NCBI GenBank assembly: GCA_033763455.1
Contig: JANRKO010000060.1
Span: 64,001-128,000 of the forward strand
DNA from: Polyangiaceae bacterium
Lineage (GTDB): Bacteria > Myxococcota_A > Polyangia > Polyangiales > Polyangiaceae
Length of the DNA: 64,000 nucleotides
Reading direction: 5' to 3'
Of this stretch, positions 1 through 10,917 are shown piece after piece (the stretch's first letter is position 1; every line of letters begins with the position of its first letter). The position numbers were made by a program, and so were the translations under genes. The notes beneath the pieces were generated by a model that saw only the letters and a program-made list of their open reading frames with translations, did no database searches and was not told the DNA's origin.

Positions 1-109
1 ACAGGTTCCGCAAGCCCGCTAAGCCACGGGCTCTCCTTCAAGAAGCTTGCGTCCCAGAGCTGGTTCGTTTGCGGCATCTTTCGGGTGGAGCCTTGGATGC
101 CTGCTTGCC

Positions 110-1396
110 TTAAGCTGGAATGCCTGGGGGCGGGAAGGACTTGCAGAGTTCTCGAATTTCGCCAGCCGTGCGAGCGATCAACGCTTCGTCCGTGGGGGCG
201 GTGACCACGCGATCCATCCAGGCAGCCAGCTTCTTCATTTCGTCGGGACCCATGCCTCGTGAGGTGAGGCTCGGGGTGCCAATACGGAGGCCCGATGGAT
301 CGAAGGGCTTGCGCGGATCAAACGGCACGGAGTTGTAGTTGCCAACGATGCCAGCGCGATCCAGAGCTTGCGCCGCCACTTTGCCTGTCACGTTTTTGCG
401 CGTGAGATCGATGAGGATCAAATGATTGTCTGTACCGCCCGTTACCAGATCGAAGCCATGAGAGAGCAAGGCTTCGGCTAATACTTTGGCGTTGCTCACC
501 ACAGCGTTTGCGTACTGTTTGAACTCAGGTGTTGAAGCTTCCTTGGCAGCGACGGCAATACCTGCCGTGGTGTGGTTGTGTGGGCCACCCTGGAGGCCTG
601 GGAACACGGCGCGGTCGATGGCTTTGGCGTGTTCGGCCTTGCACATCACGATTCCGCCACGCGGGCCGCGGAGCGTCTTGTGCGTGGTGCTGGTAACAAT
701 ATCCGCAATGCCAATCGGGGAGGGGTGCGCGCCGCCTGCTACGAGGCCTGCGATGTGCGCGATATCCGCGCACAAGATGGCGCCCACTTCATCGGCAATT
801 TCACGAAATTCGGCGAAGTTGAGTTGGCGGGGGTAAGCCGTGGTGCCACACCAGAGAAGCTTCGGCTTGTGCTCTTTCGCCAGGCGCCGCACCTCAGCCA
901 TATCGATGCGGTGATCATCTTTTCGTACTCCGTAGCCGACACTGTTGAAGTACTTCCCTGTGATGGAAACGTTCCATCCGTGTGTGAGGTGTCCGCCGGC
1001 CGGTAAGGCGAGGCCCATCACCGGATCATGGGGTTGGCAAAACGCGAGGTACACAGCGAGGTTGGCCGGGCTTCCGCTGTACGGCTGCACGTTTACGTGC
1101 TCGGCGCCGAACAATGCCTTGAGCCGATTCACCGCAAGATCTTCAACCTGATCAATGATCTGCTGGCCTTCGTAGTAGCGCTTGCCGGAGTAACCTTCAG
1201 AATACTTATTCGTGAGGATAGAGCCCGTAGCCTCCAAGACCGCCCGCGAAGCGTAGTTCTCGCTCGGGATCAGACGCAGCTTGTCGGTTTCCCGACGCTC
1301 CTCGTCACGAATCAATTGGGCGAGTTCTGGGTCTTTTTCGCTCAGGGAAGCTTCACGGGTCGCGGGTTCGGAGGCGGAGGACGAACGGAGAGACAT
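110..1396 (-). CDS. glyA: Serine hydroxymethyltransferase
   Basis: Motifs [41 protein letters not shown] (PLP lysine) and FPGLQGGP. Start placed at the ATG at 1396 (MSLRSS); the ORF track extends to 1468. Confidence 0.97.
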   Translation of the reverse strand: MSLRSSSASEPATREASLSEKDPELAQLIRDEERRETDKLRLIPSENYASRAVLEATGSILTNKYSEGYSGKRYYEGQQIIDQVEDLAVNRLKALFGAEHVNVQPYSGSPANLAVYLAFCQPHDPVMGLALPAGGHLTHGWNVSITGKYFNSVGYGVRKDDHRIDMAEVRRLAKEHKPKLLWCGTTAYPRQLNFAEFREIADEVGAILCADIAHIAGLVAGGAHPSPIGIADIVTSTTHKTLRGPRGGIVMCKAEHAKAIDRAVFPGLQGGPHNHTTAGIAVAAKEASTPEFKQYANAVVSNAKVLAEALLSHGFDLVTGGTDNHLILIDLTRKNVTGKVAAQALDRAGIVGNYNSVPFDPRKPFDPSGLRIGTPSLTSRGMGPDEMKKLAAWMDRVVTAPTDEALIARTAGEIRELCKSFPPPGIPA

Positions 1397-1479
1397 GGGG
1401 CCGAAGCCTAATCGTGCACGGGGGCTCAAGCTAGCCCCAGAAATCGTGATACGCTCCGCCGGATCCAAGGAGCAGCCAA

Positions 1480-4400
1480 TTGGCTCAGGTGAAGTCGCGC
1501 AACGAGGTTCAAGAGAGTTCGTCCGGCGTGCCGGCGCGAGAGGCGCAGGCTTCGGGTGATGTGGCCGTTCGCGGGCCTACGCCCGAGAAAACGGCGCGAA
1601 CGGCTTCGCCCGACCTGGATTCAGCACCTCCGAGCATTCCGTCTGCGGCGCTATCGCACCAGGATGTGGAGTCTCTTTCAAGCCTGGCTGAAGCGAGTGG
1701 CACCGCGCATGTGGCTCCCGCGGCGCGCATTGGGGAGCTAATTGCCAATCGCTATCAAGTGGTTGGCATCTTGGGCGAGGGCGGGATGGGCATTGTCTAC
1801 CGTTGCCGCGACCTTGGCAGTCCCGAGCGCCAGGAAATGGCCGTTAAGCGGGTGATGATTCCGCCAGGTGGGCTCGCAGCTGAATACTTGATTTGGTTTT
1901 ACAAGGAGGCTCGTGCTTTAGCTGCGCTCGACCATCCGAGTATCGTTCACGCGCACGATTATGGTCAGCTAGCGGATGGTTCTCCGTTTCTCGCGATGGA
2001 ATTGGTACGCGGCGCATCTGTGCATGATCTATCGGTCATGAAGTTGGATTTTGGGCTCATCTGGTCCATCACCGATCAGATCTTGTCGGCGCTCGGTCAT
2101 GCGCATGCGCGTGGCATTGTGCATGGTGATTTGAAGCCCTCAAACATCCTAGTTGAGCCGTTGGATTCAGATGTCCCTCGCGTTCGGATCCTAGATTTTG
2201 GCTTGGCGTGGCTTAAGGAAGATCACCACGATGAGCGTTTGGATGGTCAAAAAGCCGTAGAGTTCAAGCCACATGCAGGGGCTGGCACGCCTGGCTACAT
2301 GGCGCCGGAGCAGATCCAGCACGAAAAACACAACGTGTGCGGTGCCACAGATCTCTATTCGCTTGGCTGCATTCTATACCGGCAGCTAAGCGGTAGGCCG
2401 CCATTTGCTGGCGGCTCGCGCGAGCTTTTGCGCGTGCACGCGTTCGAGCAACCCGAGCCACCGGTGCTCCAGGTGGATGCGCCGCCGGACGTGATCGACT
2501 TCGTGATGCGGTTGCTCCAGAAGCGCCCGTGGGATCGTTTCGAATTTGCGGCCGAAGCGCGCGCCGAATGGGCCAAATGGCGCCCTGATCCCGCCCAGGA
2601 AGATCACGGGCATTGGCGGCGTTTGCTCACTGCTCGTTTGGCTGAGGAATCGCCCTTGCAGGCAGCAGCCTCGTTGGGCGCGCCCGTTGAAAATCCAACT
2701 CTTGCGCCGGTTCCAGAGCGAGCCCCGGGGTTGCTCAGTTTGCGTCCGAGCCCCCTGGTAGGCAGAAACGAAATCCGCCAAGTATTGCGCGACATCTGCG
2801 ATGAAGTGATCGACGGCGAAGGCACCAAGCATCGCTTGATTTTGCTTGTGGGCCCTTCGGGTGTCGGTAAAAGCCGCATCGCTGAATGGTTGTGCGAAGT
2901 TGTCCACGAAGAAGGTTCGATGTTGCCACTGCGCGCTCGTTATCGGCCGATGCGCGGCCCGCTAGACGGTATGGCGGGGGCAGTTTTGCAGTATTTGAAT
3001 TTTGAGCGAGTGGATCGCGATGTGATGGAAGCCACGCTGCTCGATCGTTGGAAGGTGGTTTCAAACGACAAGAATGGCCGGGCATGGGTGGCGGGTGCTG
3101 TGGAGTGGCTGCGTCCGAGTTCCGGCGGGCATCGTCCCGTCGGCCCCACGGGTATTCGCTTCACTTTGGACACTATTGAAACGCGCCGTATGGTGTCGCG
3201 CTACACGCTGGAACGGCTTGCCGGTGGGAGGCCCCTGCTTTTCTGGTTGGATGATCTGCACCACGCAGGAGAGCTAACCTTTGAAGGTCTAGCCCGTATC
3301 CCCAAGGACTCTCCGAATCAGCCCACGGTGATGGTGGCCACCGTCCGTTCGGAAGATGTGCACAAAGGCACTCCTGTGGCCGATCGCCTGATCCGGCTGA
3401 AAGACGCTTTCAACGCAACCGTGATTGAAGTTCCTCCGCTCGACGCCCAAACCACGTGTGATCTGTTGCGGAGCTCGCTCCCTCTGGAAGACGACGTTGT
3501 CCTGGAAGCTGCACGGCGGAGCCGCGGTAATCCGCTCTTTGCATTGCAACAGGTTCACGCTTGGGCGCTCGACGGCAAGATGGAGCTCTCGGGCGGAACG
3601 TATCGCGTCTCCCCGGAAGTGCTGGCACTCCGCCCCAAGACAACCGCCGAGCTGTGGGACAGCCGAGTGGCAGCCATGCCCGAAGAACACCGTATGTCAG
3701 CCACAGCCGTCGCTGCGCTGGGCACCGACATTCGCCGCGAGGTTTTGGACGAGCTTTTGACTTCCTTGGGGATTGAGCCCGCCGCCGCCATCATTAGCCT
3801 GCAAAATGCCGAGGTGATCTTGCCGCGTGGTGCCGGGCGTTTTGCTTGGCCTCATGCGCTTTTGGCTGAACACTTGCTCGCGCGCCTTCGAGAACGCACT
3901 GATCGTCGACTCATTTTACGTGCTGCGGCATCGGCACTCGGGCAACATCCGCTGTCCGGTACGCGTCGCATTGTGCGGTTACGGGTTGCGAACTTGATGC
4001 AGGCGGGAGAGCCGAACGCGGCGGCGCACCTCTTGTTCGGCTTTATCCATGAAAGCTGGTCGCGTGCTCGCGAGCCGCTGGCTACCCTTGCGGATCTTGA
4101 GCTTTTGGAGTCCGTGCAAGGTCAGTGGCAGGCGCTGTGTAGTCGCTGGACGGCGGAAGCGCTGCGCCTTGTGGGGAAAAATACGGAAGCTACGGCGGCC
4201 GGCAAGCAAGCCTTGGAACACTTCGAAAAGCTTGGGGATGAAGAGAGCCGCGCCCACTGCTTGCGCCTCTTGGGGCACCTGGCCATCGAGCGTGGCGATG
4301 CTGTGGGCGGCAGTGCGTTGGTGCGCCAGGGTTACGCCATCTTTCAGAAGAATGGCAACCTCGAGGGGCTTGCCCAGTGCGAGGCCGTTGTCGGCGAAAT

Positions 4401-5199
4401 TGAGTATTTTCTCGGCAATTATCCCAGCGCCCGCATGTTCATCCAGAGCGGGGAAACGCACTTTGCCGAGCTTAGCCAACCGCTCGGCCGCGGGCAGTGC
4501 TTGTTGCTCCTGAGCTGGATTGAGCTTTCAGAAGGTCTCATCAAACGCTCACGGCGTCACGCTTTGCGCGCGCGTGCGGAGTTCGAGCGCGCCGGGTTTC
4601 GTTTGGGTTTGCTCCAGGCTGATCTTAGCTTGGCCCGCCTGCATCATCGCTTACAGAATTTTGAGGCGGCGTTCGAAGGGGGCAGCGAAGCTTGCACCGG
4701 GTTTGAAGCTCTGCGTACTCCTCGGGATCAAGCTGCCGCACATCGCTTGCTCGGCATGGTGGCGATCGACACCGACGATTTCGACCGGGCTCAGGGTCAC
4801 ATCGAGAAGGCACAAGCGCTTTATGAAAGCGTGGGCACCCCCTGGGGCCTGCTTGAAACGCAGCTTTTGCGCAGCCAGGTGGCACTAGCCAGCGGGGATC
4901 TGGAATCTGCCGCTGAGCTCCTGAATGCCAGCGCGAAGCTTGTCGGTCAGGAAGCGGAGCCTCGCCAGCACTATTGGTTGACCAAAGCTTGGGTGGATGC
5001 CCAACGCGGCGAAATCGAAAGTGCAGCGTATTCGCTGGAAGCAGCCTCTGCCGTTTACGGCGAACGCTCGCGTTCAGGGGACCACACTCCGCATCTTCTT
5101 AATCGCCTGTCACGCTACGTTTGGCCCGAACCCGCGCGAACCAAGCTCGCCGCCTGGCGCCGGCTCATTCACGATCCTGCACGGCGGCAGCAGGATTAG
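1480..5199 (+). CDS. Ser/Thr protein kinase with central P-loop (AAA/STAND-like) ATPase domain and C-terminal TPR-like repeats
   Basis: [34 protein letters not shown]; Walker A GPSGVGKS; Walker [16 protein letters not shown] motif; helical A/L-rich repeats. Start codon uncertain. Confidence 0.9.
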   Translation: MAQVKSRNEVQESSSGVPAREAQASGDVAVRGPTPEKTARTASPDLDSAPPSIPSAALSHQDVESLSSLAEASGTAHVAPAARIGELIANRYQVVGILGEGGMGIVYRCRDLGSPERQEMAVKRVMIPPGGLAAEYLIWFYKEARALAALDHPSIVHAHDYGQLADGSPFLAMELVRGASVHDLSVMKLDFGLIWSITDQILSALGHAHARGIVHGDLKPSNILVEPLDSDVPRVRILDFGLAWLKEDHHDERLDGQKAVEFKPHAGAGTPGYMAPEQIQHEKHNVCGATDLYSLGCILYRQLSGRPPFAGGSRELLRVHAFEQPEPPVLQVDAPPDVIDFVMRLLQKRPWDRFEFAAEARAEWAKWRPDPAQEDHGHWRRLLTARLAEESPLQAAASLGAPVENPTLAPVPERAPGLLSLRPSPLVGRNEIRQVLRDICDEVIDGEGTKHRLILLVGPSGVGKSRIAEWLCEVVHEEGSMLPLRARYRPMRGPLDGMAGAVLQYLNFERVDRDVMEATLLDRWKVVSNDKNGRAWVAGAVEWLRPSSGGHRPVGPTGIRFTLDTIETRRMVSRYTLERLAGGRPLLFWLDDLHHAGELTFEGLARIPKDSPNQPTVMVATVRSEDVHKGTPVADRLIRLKDAFNATVIEVPPLDAQTTCDLLRSSLPLEDDVVLEAARRSRGNPLFALQQVHAWALDGKMELSGGTYRVSPEVLALRPKTTAELWDSRVAAMPEEHRMSATAVAALGTDIRREVLDELLTSLGIEPAAAIISLQNAEVILPRGAGRFAWPHALLAEHLLARLRERTDRRLILRAAASALGQHPLSGTRRIVRLRVANLMQAGEPNAAAHLLFGFIHESWSRAREPLATLADLELLESVQGQWQALCSRWTAEALRLVGKNTEATAAGKQALEHFEKLGDEESRAHCLRLLGHLAIERGDAVGGSALVRQGYAIFQKNGNLEGLAQCEAVVGEIEYFLGNYPSARMFIQSGETHFAELSQPLGRGQCLLLLSWIELSEGLIKRSRRHALRARAEFERAGFRLGLLQADLSLARLHHRLQNFEAAFEGGSEACTGFEALRTPRDQAAAHRLLGMVAIDTDDFDRAQGHIEKAQALYESVGTPWGLLETQLLRSQVALASGDLESAAELLNASAKLVGQEAEPRQHYWLTKAWVDAQRGEIESAAYSLEAASAVYGERSRSGDHTPHLLNRLSRYVWPEPARTKLAAWRRLIHDPARRQQD

Positions 5200-5584
5200 G
5201 GCTTGTGGAGGGCTGGCCTTTGAAGGTTGGCGCAGGCTCGGCTCTGAAGGCTCGGCGCGGGCCTATTCACGGCGCGCGACGGCTACTTTGCATGACAAGT
5301 ACTTTGTGATCGGTCAGTAGGCTACTTCGCATGATGGCTCGGCTGGAGACGAATCGCTAAGGCCACGCGAACAAGGTTGCGTGTTTCGCTCGAACCCGCA
5401 GCGGATGCAGAGGCTGCTCGGAAGCTGCAGGGAAACGGAAGTCGAACAGAGCGGCGTACGCACTTCGGGTGCCAAGGCTCAGCGCTCGCCTGAGTGCTCT
5501 TCTCGATCCAAGCAAATTCGGGGCCCTTACGCCAAGCGGATCCTCGCGATTCGCCGCACGGGAGGCTCATGCTACGCTCGGTAA

Positions 5585-5856
5585 ACGGTTGCTGCAGTCC
5601 CGTCGCTCCACTACTCGTACCGGGAGTACACGGAGTTTGAGGACGCCGCGCGGGAGAAGCACGAATACGTTGCTGGGCTCAGCTTGGCCATGGCGGGGGG
5701 CACGCTGAGCATAGCGCCATCTGCTCCGCGGTGATTGCTTCCCTGGTAGCTCAGCTCAAAGGGCGAACGTTCACAGATGGCGAGCAGGGCCCCCTCACGG
5801 CAATAGGCTGCACGCTTGACGTTGCTGAGCTGTGTAGCGATCCGCTCGAACGATAA
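5585..5856 (+). pseudogene. Uma2/DUF820-family endonuclease pseudogene (frameshifted, internally deleted)
   Basis: Manual translation gives LHYSYREYTEFEDAAREKHEYVAGLSLAMAGGT. One base is missing at ~5705, after which the frame reads EHSAICSAVIASLVAQLKGR joined almost directly to a C-terminal-like LTAIGCTLDVAELCSDPLER*. The putative start reads ACG. Confidence 0.8.
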
Positions 5857-5925
5857 GCCGTAAGAACACGCTCGAACGCGTCGAGCCTCGACCCCCCGCT
5901 CATTCGTAGTCCATAATCCGCGCCC

Positions 5926-7206
5926 ATGGCCGACAACCTTTCCGCAAACCTCCTCGCCCGCGCCGAAAACCTGATGCCAGGCGGCGTTAACTCCCCGGTG
6001 CGCGCCTTCCGCGCCGTGGGTGGGTGCCCCGTCTTCATTAGCAAGGCCCTTGGCTCGAAGATCTACGGGGCTGATGGGCGCGAATACATCGACTACGTAG
6101 GAAGCTGGGGGCCGGCGTTGCTCGGCCATGCGCACCCGGCGGTGGTGTCCGCTGTGCAGGCGGCAGCGGCGCGTGGGCTTTCTTTTGGGGCACCTACCGA
6201 GCTGGAAGTCGAATTTGCTGAGGCCATTGTAGCCCGCTACCCGAGCATCGAAATGTTGCGGTGTGTTTCGAGTGGCACAGAAGCCACGATGAGTGCCTTG
6301 CGTGTTGCTCGCGGGTTCACCGGGCGCGATGTGATCATCAAGTTTGACGGCGCGTATCACGGCCACGCAGATTCACTTTTGGTAAAAGCTGGCAGCGGCG
6401 CCGCTACCTTCGGATTTCCAGATTCGGCGGGCGTTCCGAGCGCGATTGCCGCCTCAACCATGGTATTGCCCTACAACGATAGCGAGCAGTTGCGCGCGGC
6501 GTTTGCGGCGCATCCGGACAAGATTGCGTGCGTGATTGTCGAGCCAGTGGCTGGCAATATGGGCTGCGTACCGCCAGAGCCTGGATTTTTGAGCACTATC
6601 TTGGAGCTCTGCAAGAAGTACGGTGCCGTTTCGATTTTCGATGAGGTGATGACCGGGTGCCGTGTGGCGCGCGGGGGCGCTCAGGAGCTGTATGGCCTCA
6701 CGCCGGATCTTACCTGCCTTGGCAAAGTTGTCGGTGGCGGTATGCCGCTTGCCGTGTACGGTGGCCGAGCGGACATTATGCGCAAAATTGCCCCACTTGG
6801 GCCTGTTTATCAGGCGGGAACGCTCAGCGGAAATCCGCTTGCGGTGAGCGCTGGGCTCGCGAATTTGAGTGAGCTTGTTCCAAGCTCGTACGCGAAGCTC
6901 GAAGCGTCCGGTGCACGCCTGCAAAAGGGGCTTGAGTCAGCCATTGTCGAGGCTGGCGGTGGAGCGGTGGTGCAGCGTGTTGGGTCTATGCTCACGCTCT
7001 TCTTTAGCGACAAGAAAGTGCGTTCCTGGGAAGATGCAGCTACCTGCAACAAGGAGCGCTTCAAGAATTTTCACGCTGGGCTGCTCACGCGGGGGATTTA
7101 TTGGCCCCCTTCGCAGTTCGAGGCGGCTTTCATTTCATTAGCCCACAGCGAGGCAGATCTTGAGCTCACCGTCCAGGCTGCTAAGGAGGCGTTGGCAGAG
7201 GCGTGA
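5926..7206 (+). CDS. hemL: Glutamate-1-semialdehyde 2,1-aminomutase
   Basis: MPGGVNSPVRAF, DYVGSWGP, SSGTEATMSA, YHGHAD, FDEVMTG, LGKVVGGGMP, YQAGTLSGNP, PSQFEA. Confidence 0.97.
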   Translation: MADNLSANLLARAENLMPGGVNSPVRAFRAVGGCPVFISKALGSKIYGADGREYIDYVGSWGPALLGHAHPAVVSAVQAAAARGLSFGAPTELEVEFAEAIVARYPSIEMLRCVSSGTEATMSALRVARGFTGRDVIIKFDGAYHGHADSLLVKAGSGAATFGFPDSAGVPSAIAASTMVLPYNDSEQLRAAFAAHPDKIACVIVEPVAGNMGCVPPEPGFLSTILELCKKYGAVSIFDEVMTGCRVARGGAQELYGLTPDLTCLGKVVGGGMPLAVYGGRADIMRKIAPLGPVYQAGTLSGNPLAVSAGLANLSELVPSSYAKLEASGARLQKGLESAIVEAGGGAVVQRVGSMLTLFFSDKKVRSWEDAATCNKERFKNFHAGLLTRGIYWPPSQFEAAFISLAHSEADLELTVQAAKEALAEA

Positions 7207-7271
7207 TTCGCATCGTAAATCCTGAGTAGCCACCTCATTCGAGATCGCCAAGAACCGCGCGAGCCCAAAAC

Positions 7272-7475
7272 ATGCGCATAGTGTGCCCCACCTGCCAAAA
7301 AACGCTGGAAGACGTCCCGAGCGATTTCCCTGCTCGCCCCTTCTGCTCGATCCGTTGCAAGCAAATCGACCTAGGCAATTGGTTCGACGAGCGCTACCGG
7401 ATCTCCCGGCCAATCGAGCCCGAAGATCTTGAAGAAGATCCGAGCCTATTGGAACGCCTTCACCGTGATAATTGA
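7272..7475 (+). CDS. yacG: DNA gyrase inhibitor YacG (zinc finger)
   Basis: CPTC...RPFCSIRCKQIDLGNWFDERYRI signature. Confidence 0.92.
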   Translation: MRIVCPTCQKTLEDVPSDFPARPFCSIRCKQIDLGNWFDERYRISRPIEPEDLEEDPSLLERLHRDN

Positions 7476-7518
7476 GCCTGGCTCGCCGCGGGGTGGGGCT
7501 GCCTGCTAAGCTTCGGGG

Positions 7519-8382
7519 GTGACCCAGGGCGCCGACAACGACACGATCCTTCGTTCTATTACCGACGACGGAGCGTTCCGCGTATTAGCGGCACGGACCA
7601 CTAATACCGTGCGCGCTGTTACCAACGTGCAAAAAGCGACGGGGACAACCTTGCGATCCCTGGGCGATCTCGTGACTGGAACCATTCTCTTTCGGGAGAT
7701 GATGGCCCCTGATCTTCGTGTGCAGGGAATTCTGCGTGGCTCGGCCGGTCAAGGGACTATCGTTGCAGATTCTCATCCATCTGGAAATACCCGAGCCTTG
7801 GTTCAGCTGCCCAAAGAGCAGTCGCAGTTCGTGCTAGAAAATGGCACAATTTTGCAGCTCATGCGCAGCTTGCCCGGAGGGCGCATCAATCAAGGTTTGG
7901 TCGCTTTGCCCGAAGGCGGCACCGTGGCTGACGGCTTCATGGTGTACTTGGAAACATCCGAGCAGGTTACCAGCATGCTCGCGCTTGCCACTTTGATCGA
8001 AGGTGGTGAAGTGGTGGCCGCTGGCGGATATCTGGTTCAGCTGTTACCGGAGGTTGGGCGCGGCCCGCTCATGCTCATGACTGAACGGCTCGACGAATTC
8101 CGAACTATCGACCACTTACTCAGCGATCCAGGCTTTACGCCTGATCGCTTGCTCGCCGAGATATTGTATGGAATGCCAAACACCGAGGTTGGCAGGAGTG
8201 AAGTGCGGTTCGAATGCTGGTGCAGCCACGTGCGCCTCGTGTCGGCGCTTTCCACGCTGAGCCGCAAAGAGATTGAAGAGCTAACGGCTGACGGTAAAGT
8301 TCTGGAAATTACGTGCGACTATTGCAACCGCGAATACGGGGTTACTCCCGCACAGTTGCAGGGCTTGCTGCAACAGAGCTGA
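7519..8382 (+). CDS. hslO: Hsp33 redox-regulated chaperone
   Basis: AAGGYLVQLLP and a C-terminal zinc motif F-E-C-W-C-S ... EITCDYC. Confidence 0.93.
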   Translation: MTQGADNDTILRSITDDGAFRVLAARTTNTVRAVTNVQKATGTTLRSLGDLVTGTILFREMMAPDLRVQGILRGSAGQGTIVADSHPSGNTRALVQLPKEQSQFVLENGTILQLMRSLPGGRINQGLVALPEGGTVADGFMVYLETSEQVTSMLALATLIEGGEVVAAGGYLVQLLPEVGRGPLMLMTERLDEFRTIDHLLSDPGFTPDRLLAEILYGMPNTEVGRSEVRFECWCSHVRLVSALSTLSRKEIEELTADGKVLEITCDYCNREYGVTPAQLQGLLQQS

Positions 8383-8869
8383 GTAGCTCCGCTACAAAGC
8401 GTTCCGGTTCCTCGGGGGTAATCAGTAAGGTGCGTGCGCCACGTAAGCGCACCATTACGAACCGATCCGTACGCGAAATCCACATCGAGAATGTCTCCCG
8501 CCCGGTCTTCAATAGGCCAAAGCCGCCCCACAGGCCCCCGGCACCGATGCGCATACCATAGCCAAATTCCTTGCGAAATTCCGAGGCATCCATCAGCTTC
8601 ACGTCTTCAATGTCGGCCTTTTGGATCCTGCGCGTTCGCACCGGCCAAACAATGTTCAACGTGTGTCGCGTAATTTCAAAGCGCGTGGGGCGCCAGGCGA
8701 ACCACACCATCATGAACGACAGCAACATGAATGCTGTGGTGGCCAAAAGGAGCCAGCGTACGGGAATGGGGGCCGCATTCGCGGCCCATCCAAGCACCAC
8801 GGGGATGGCAAACAAGGCCCAAGTCGTGAGCTTGAGTAGAAGTGACATGGGAGCAAGCCGGTAAACCAT
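8342..8869 (-). CDS. Small membrane protein with bacterial PH-like domain
   Basis: Two N-terminal hydrophobic helices followed by GMRIGAGGLWGGFG and LLITPEEPERFV, typical of bacterial PH-domain membrane proteins. Overlaps the hslO 3' end convergently by 41 nt. Confidence 0.75.
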   Translation of the reverse strand: MVYRLAPMSLLLKLTTWALFAIPVVLGWAANAAPIPVRWLLLATTAFMLLSFMMVWFAWRPTRFEITRHTLNIVWPVRTRRIQKADIEDVKLMDASEFRKEFGYGMRIGAGGLWGGFGLLKTGRETFSMWISRTDRFVMVRLRGARTLLITPEEPERFVAELLSSVAASPATVRE

Positions 8870-9017
8870 GGTTTGATGGTGCAGGGTAGCGTGGGTCGAC
8901 GCCGGTGATGCTCAATCGCGTTGAGGTCTATGGCGGATATGATGCGCTGGTGTTCAAAACGGTGACCCCGCGGGCCCACGGCGGGTCTTGGGTTTCGTAT
9001 TGAGGATAGGGGTGGGC

Positions 9018-9046
9018 TGTGCCAGTTGTGCCATTGACGGTGTGCC
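9018..9046 (+). promoter_or_regulatory. Putative enhancer-binding-protein site (TGTGCCA-N2-TGTGCCAT plus a third TGTGCC)
   Basis: The tandem repeat starts 81 nt upstream of the sigma54 motif at 9099. The same motif occurs upstream of the paralog at 11105. Confidence 0.6.
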
Positions 9047-9098
9047 GGCTGACGGATGGATCAGCCGAAAGTCGAGGAATTAGGCTAGAAATTAAGTG

Positions 9099-9113
9099 TG
9101 GCACGTGTCTTGC
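9099..9113 (+). promoter_or_regulatory. Sigma54 -24/-12 promoter
   Basis: TGGCACG-TGTC-TTGC is an exact match to the TGGCACG-N4-TTGC consensus and ends 12 nt before the ATG at 9126. Confidence 0.8.
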
Positions 9114-9125
9114 GGAGGGGCGTTC

Positions 9126-10814
9126 ATGATTCGAACTCGGCTGGGCTCTTGGCACACTCTCTTCATGGCTGCGTTGGGGACGACCCCATTTGCGTGCGGG
9201 GGCTCTACCTCTACGGTGGAAATGTTCTCGGCTTCGGGCGGAGTTGGCGTGACGGGTGGCTCGGGAGGAGTTGGCGTGACGGGCGGCTCGGGGGGAGTTG
9301 GCGTGACGGGTGGCTCGGGAGGAACCGCTTCGGTGCCGGCGGCGTGGAGCTGTACTCCAGTGCCGTTAACTGGAGTAGACACCGGCTACGTGAGATGCGG
9401 CGAGGGGTATACGCACCGAACCCGCCAAGGTTCTTGCCCTTCGATTTACCCGCGTTCCGGATCGCAGTTGCCGCCTGACGCCACTGGTGGCGCGGGTGCG
9501 GCCGGCGGCGGTGGAGCCATGGGAACCGGTGGGAATGGCGCTGGGGGTTTGGCAACTGGAGGCTCGGGTGGATCTCGGTTTGCATGCTCTGAGGATGCTG
9601 ACTGCACGGCGAGTCCCATTGGGTATTGCCAGTATTCCCCGGCTCGTGAGGATGGCCCACTGGGGGGGGCGCCATCTAGCTCGACGTGTAACTACGGCTG
9701 TGCCACGGATGCTGACTGCGATGTGGGCTCCATTTGCGAGTGTGGCATTGACATGGGGCGCTGTGTTCCGTCCACGTGTCGTACGGACGCCGATTGTGCT
9801 GATGGTAGCTTGTGCGCGGGCGGAATAGAAAACGGGGGAGATCCAACTGGGTGCTCTTTTGAGACTCGGTACCAGCCGTTTTCTTGCCAGCTTCCTGGCG
9901 ACGAATGCTTCACCAACGCGCAGTGTCCTTGGGGTGAATCTTGCATACACGGGGAGGTCAACCGGACGTGTGTCCGCCTCCCGCTTTGCGGGCGCCCGTT
10001 TTGCGTCGACAGCGCGCACCGCCAAGCGAGCCCCACCGAGTCTGCAAGCTGGCTCAGCTCGCCCATATTCGTGAGCTCATTGGATGAATTGGATGCTGGA
10101 ACTCGGCGAGAAATTGCGGCACACTACACGGAAATAGCGCTCATGGAGCACGCATCGGTGGCAGCGTTCGCTCGCTTCTCGTTGCACCTGATGTCGATGG
10201 GAGCGCCCGCGTGGCTTCTCAGCGAAACCCAACGCGCGATGGGTGACGAGATTGAACACGCAAAGGCCTGTTTTGCCCTCGCGAGTAGCTACGCAGAAAG
10301 CAACGTTGGGCCTTCGCGATTGAGGCTTGAGGGTGCTTTTGAAGACGCCGGTGAGTTGGATATCATTGTTACGGCGGTCAAAGAGGCCTGTTTTGGCGAA
10401 ACTGTGGCTGCCATCGAAGCGGCAGAAGCTGCTAGCGTTGCGACTGTGCCGGCCGTACGGGAGCTGCTATCGCGCATCAGCGATGATGAGACTCGGCATG
10501 CAGAGCTTGGGTGGCGTTTTCTGGCGTGGGCCCTGGAGCATGTGGGCGCTTCCAGGCGTGCGGAGCTTACGGCTTCGTTACGGGTACTTTTGCACTCTGA
10601 GGTCGCAGAAGCTAACCAACAAGGGCGAGCCGAGAGTGGTGAGCATGCGCGTACAGCCATTTTGGGCGCGCACGGAATTCTCTCCGCAGCGTCGCGCGGC
10701 GAGCTGCGAAGGGCCGTACTCAAGGACGTTGTTGCGCCCGTCTTGAATTCACTGCTGGAAGCGTCGAGCGGCGCCGAACTAAAGTTGATGACGGAAATGG
10801 CGGCATTGGCGTAG
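9126..10814 (+). CDS. Putative lipoprotein: Gly/Cys-rich N-terminal region fused to a ferritin-like di-iron domain (copy 1)
   Basis: Start MIRTRLGSWH matches the paralog. Lipobox-like PFAC; CxxDxDC repeats; CGRPF junction; candidate di-iron ligands MEHAS, DEIEH, EACFGET, DETRH. Confidence 0.85.
   Translation: MIRTRLGSWHTLFMAALGTTPFACGGSTSTVEMFSASGGVGVTGGSGGVGVTGGSGGVGVTGGSGGTASVPAAWSCTPVPLTGVDTGYVRCGEGYTHRTRQGSCPSIYPRSGSQLPPDATGGAGAAGGGGAMGTGGNGAGGLATGGSGGSRFACSEDADCTASPIGYCQYSPAREDGPLGGAPSSSTCNYGCATDADCDVGSICECGIDMGRCVPSTCRTDADCADGSLCAGGIENGGDPTGCSFETRYQPFSCQLPGDECFTNAQCPWGESCIHGEVNRTCVRLPLCGRPFCVDSAHRQASPTESASWLSSPIFVSSLDELDAGTRREIAAHYTEIALMEHASVAAFARFSLHLMSMGAPAWLLSETQRAMGDEIEHAKACFALASSYAESNVGPSRLRLEGAFEDAGELDIIVTAVKEACFGETVAAIEAAEAASVATVPAVRELLSRISDDETRHAELGWRFLAWALEHVGASRRAELTASLRVLLHSEVAEANQQGRAESGEHARTAILGAHGILSAASRGELRRAVLKDVVAPVLNSLLEASSGAELKLMTEMAALA
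9234..9323 (+). repeat. 27-bp in-frame tandem repeat, 3 copies plus a partial (encodes SGGVGVTGG)
   Basis: Units TCGGGNGGAGTTGGCGTGACGGGYGGC start at 9234, 9261 and 9288, with a partial at 9315. Confidence 0.95.
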
Positions 10815-10917
10815 GGCGCTCGGGGCGAGGCTAGCGTGGGGTTCGGTGAGTCGGCGCAATTCGTGGTGCGAACGATCGTGCCCCCCAAATGGCCTGGGAC
10901 CGTTGCGAACCCCCACA

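Noticed and set aside
5281..5334. 15-bp near-perfect direct repeat GGCTACTTYGCATGA, 39 nt apart
   Set aside because: Only two copies, with no recognisable associated gene or element. It could be decayed coding DNA but a call cannot be supported.
9234..9323. Possible CRISPR array
   Set aside because: The repeats are contiguous with no spacers, are in frame inside a CDS, and no cas genes are in the window.
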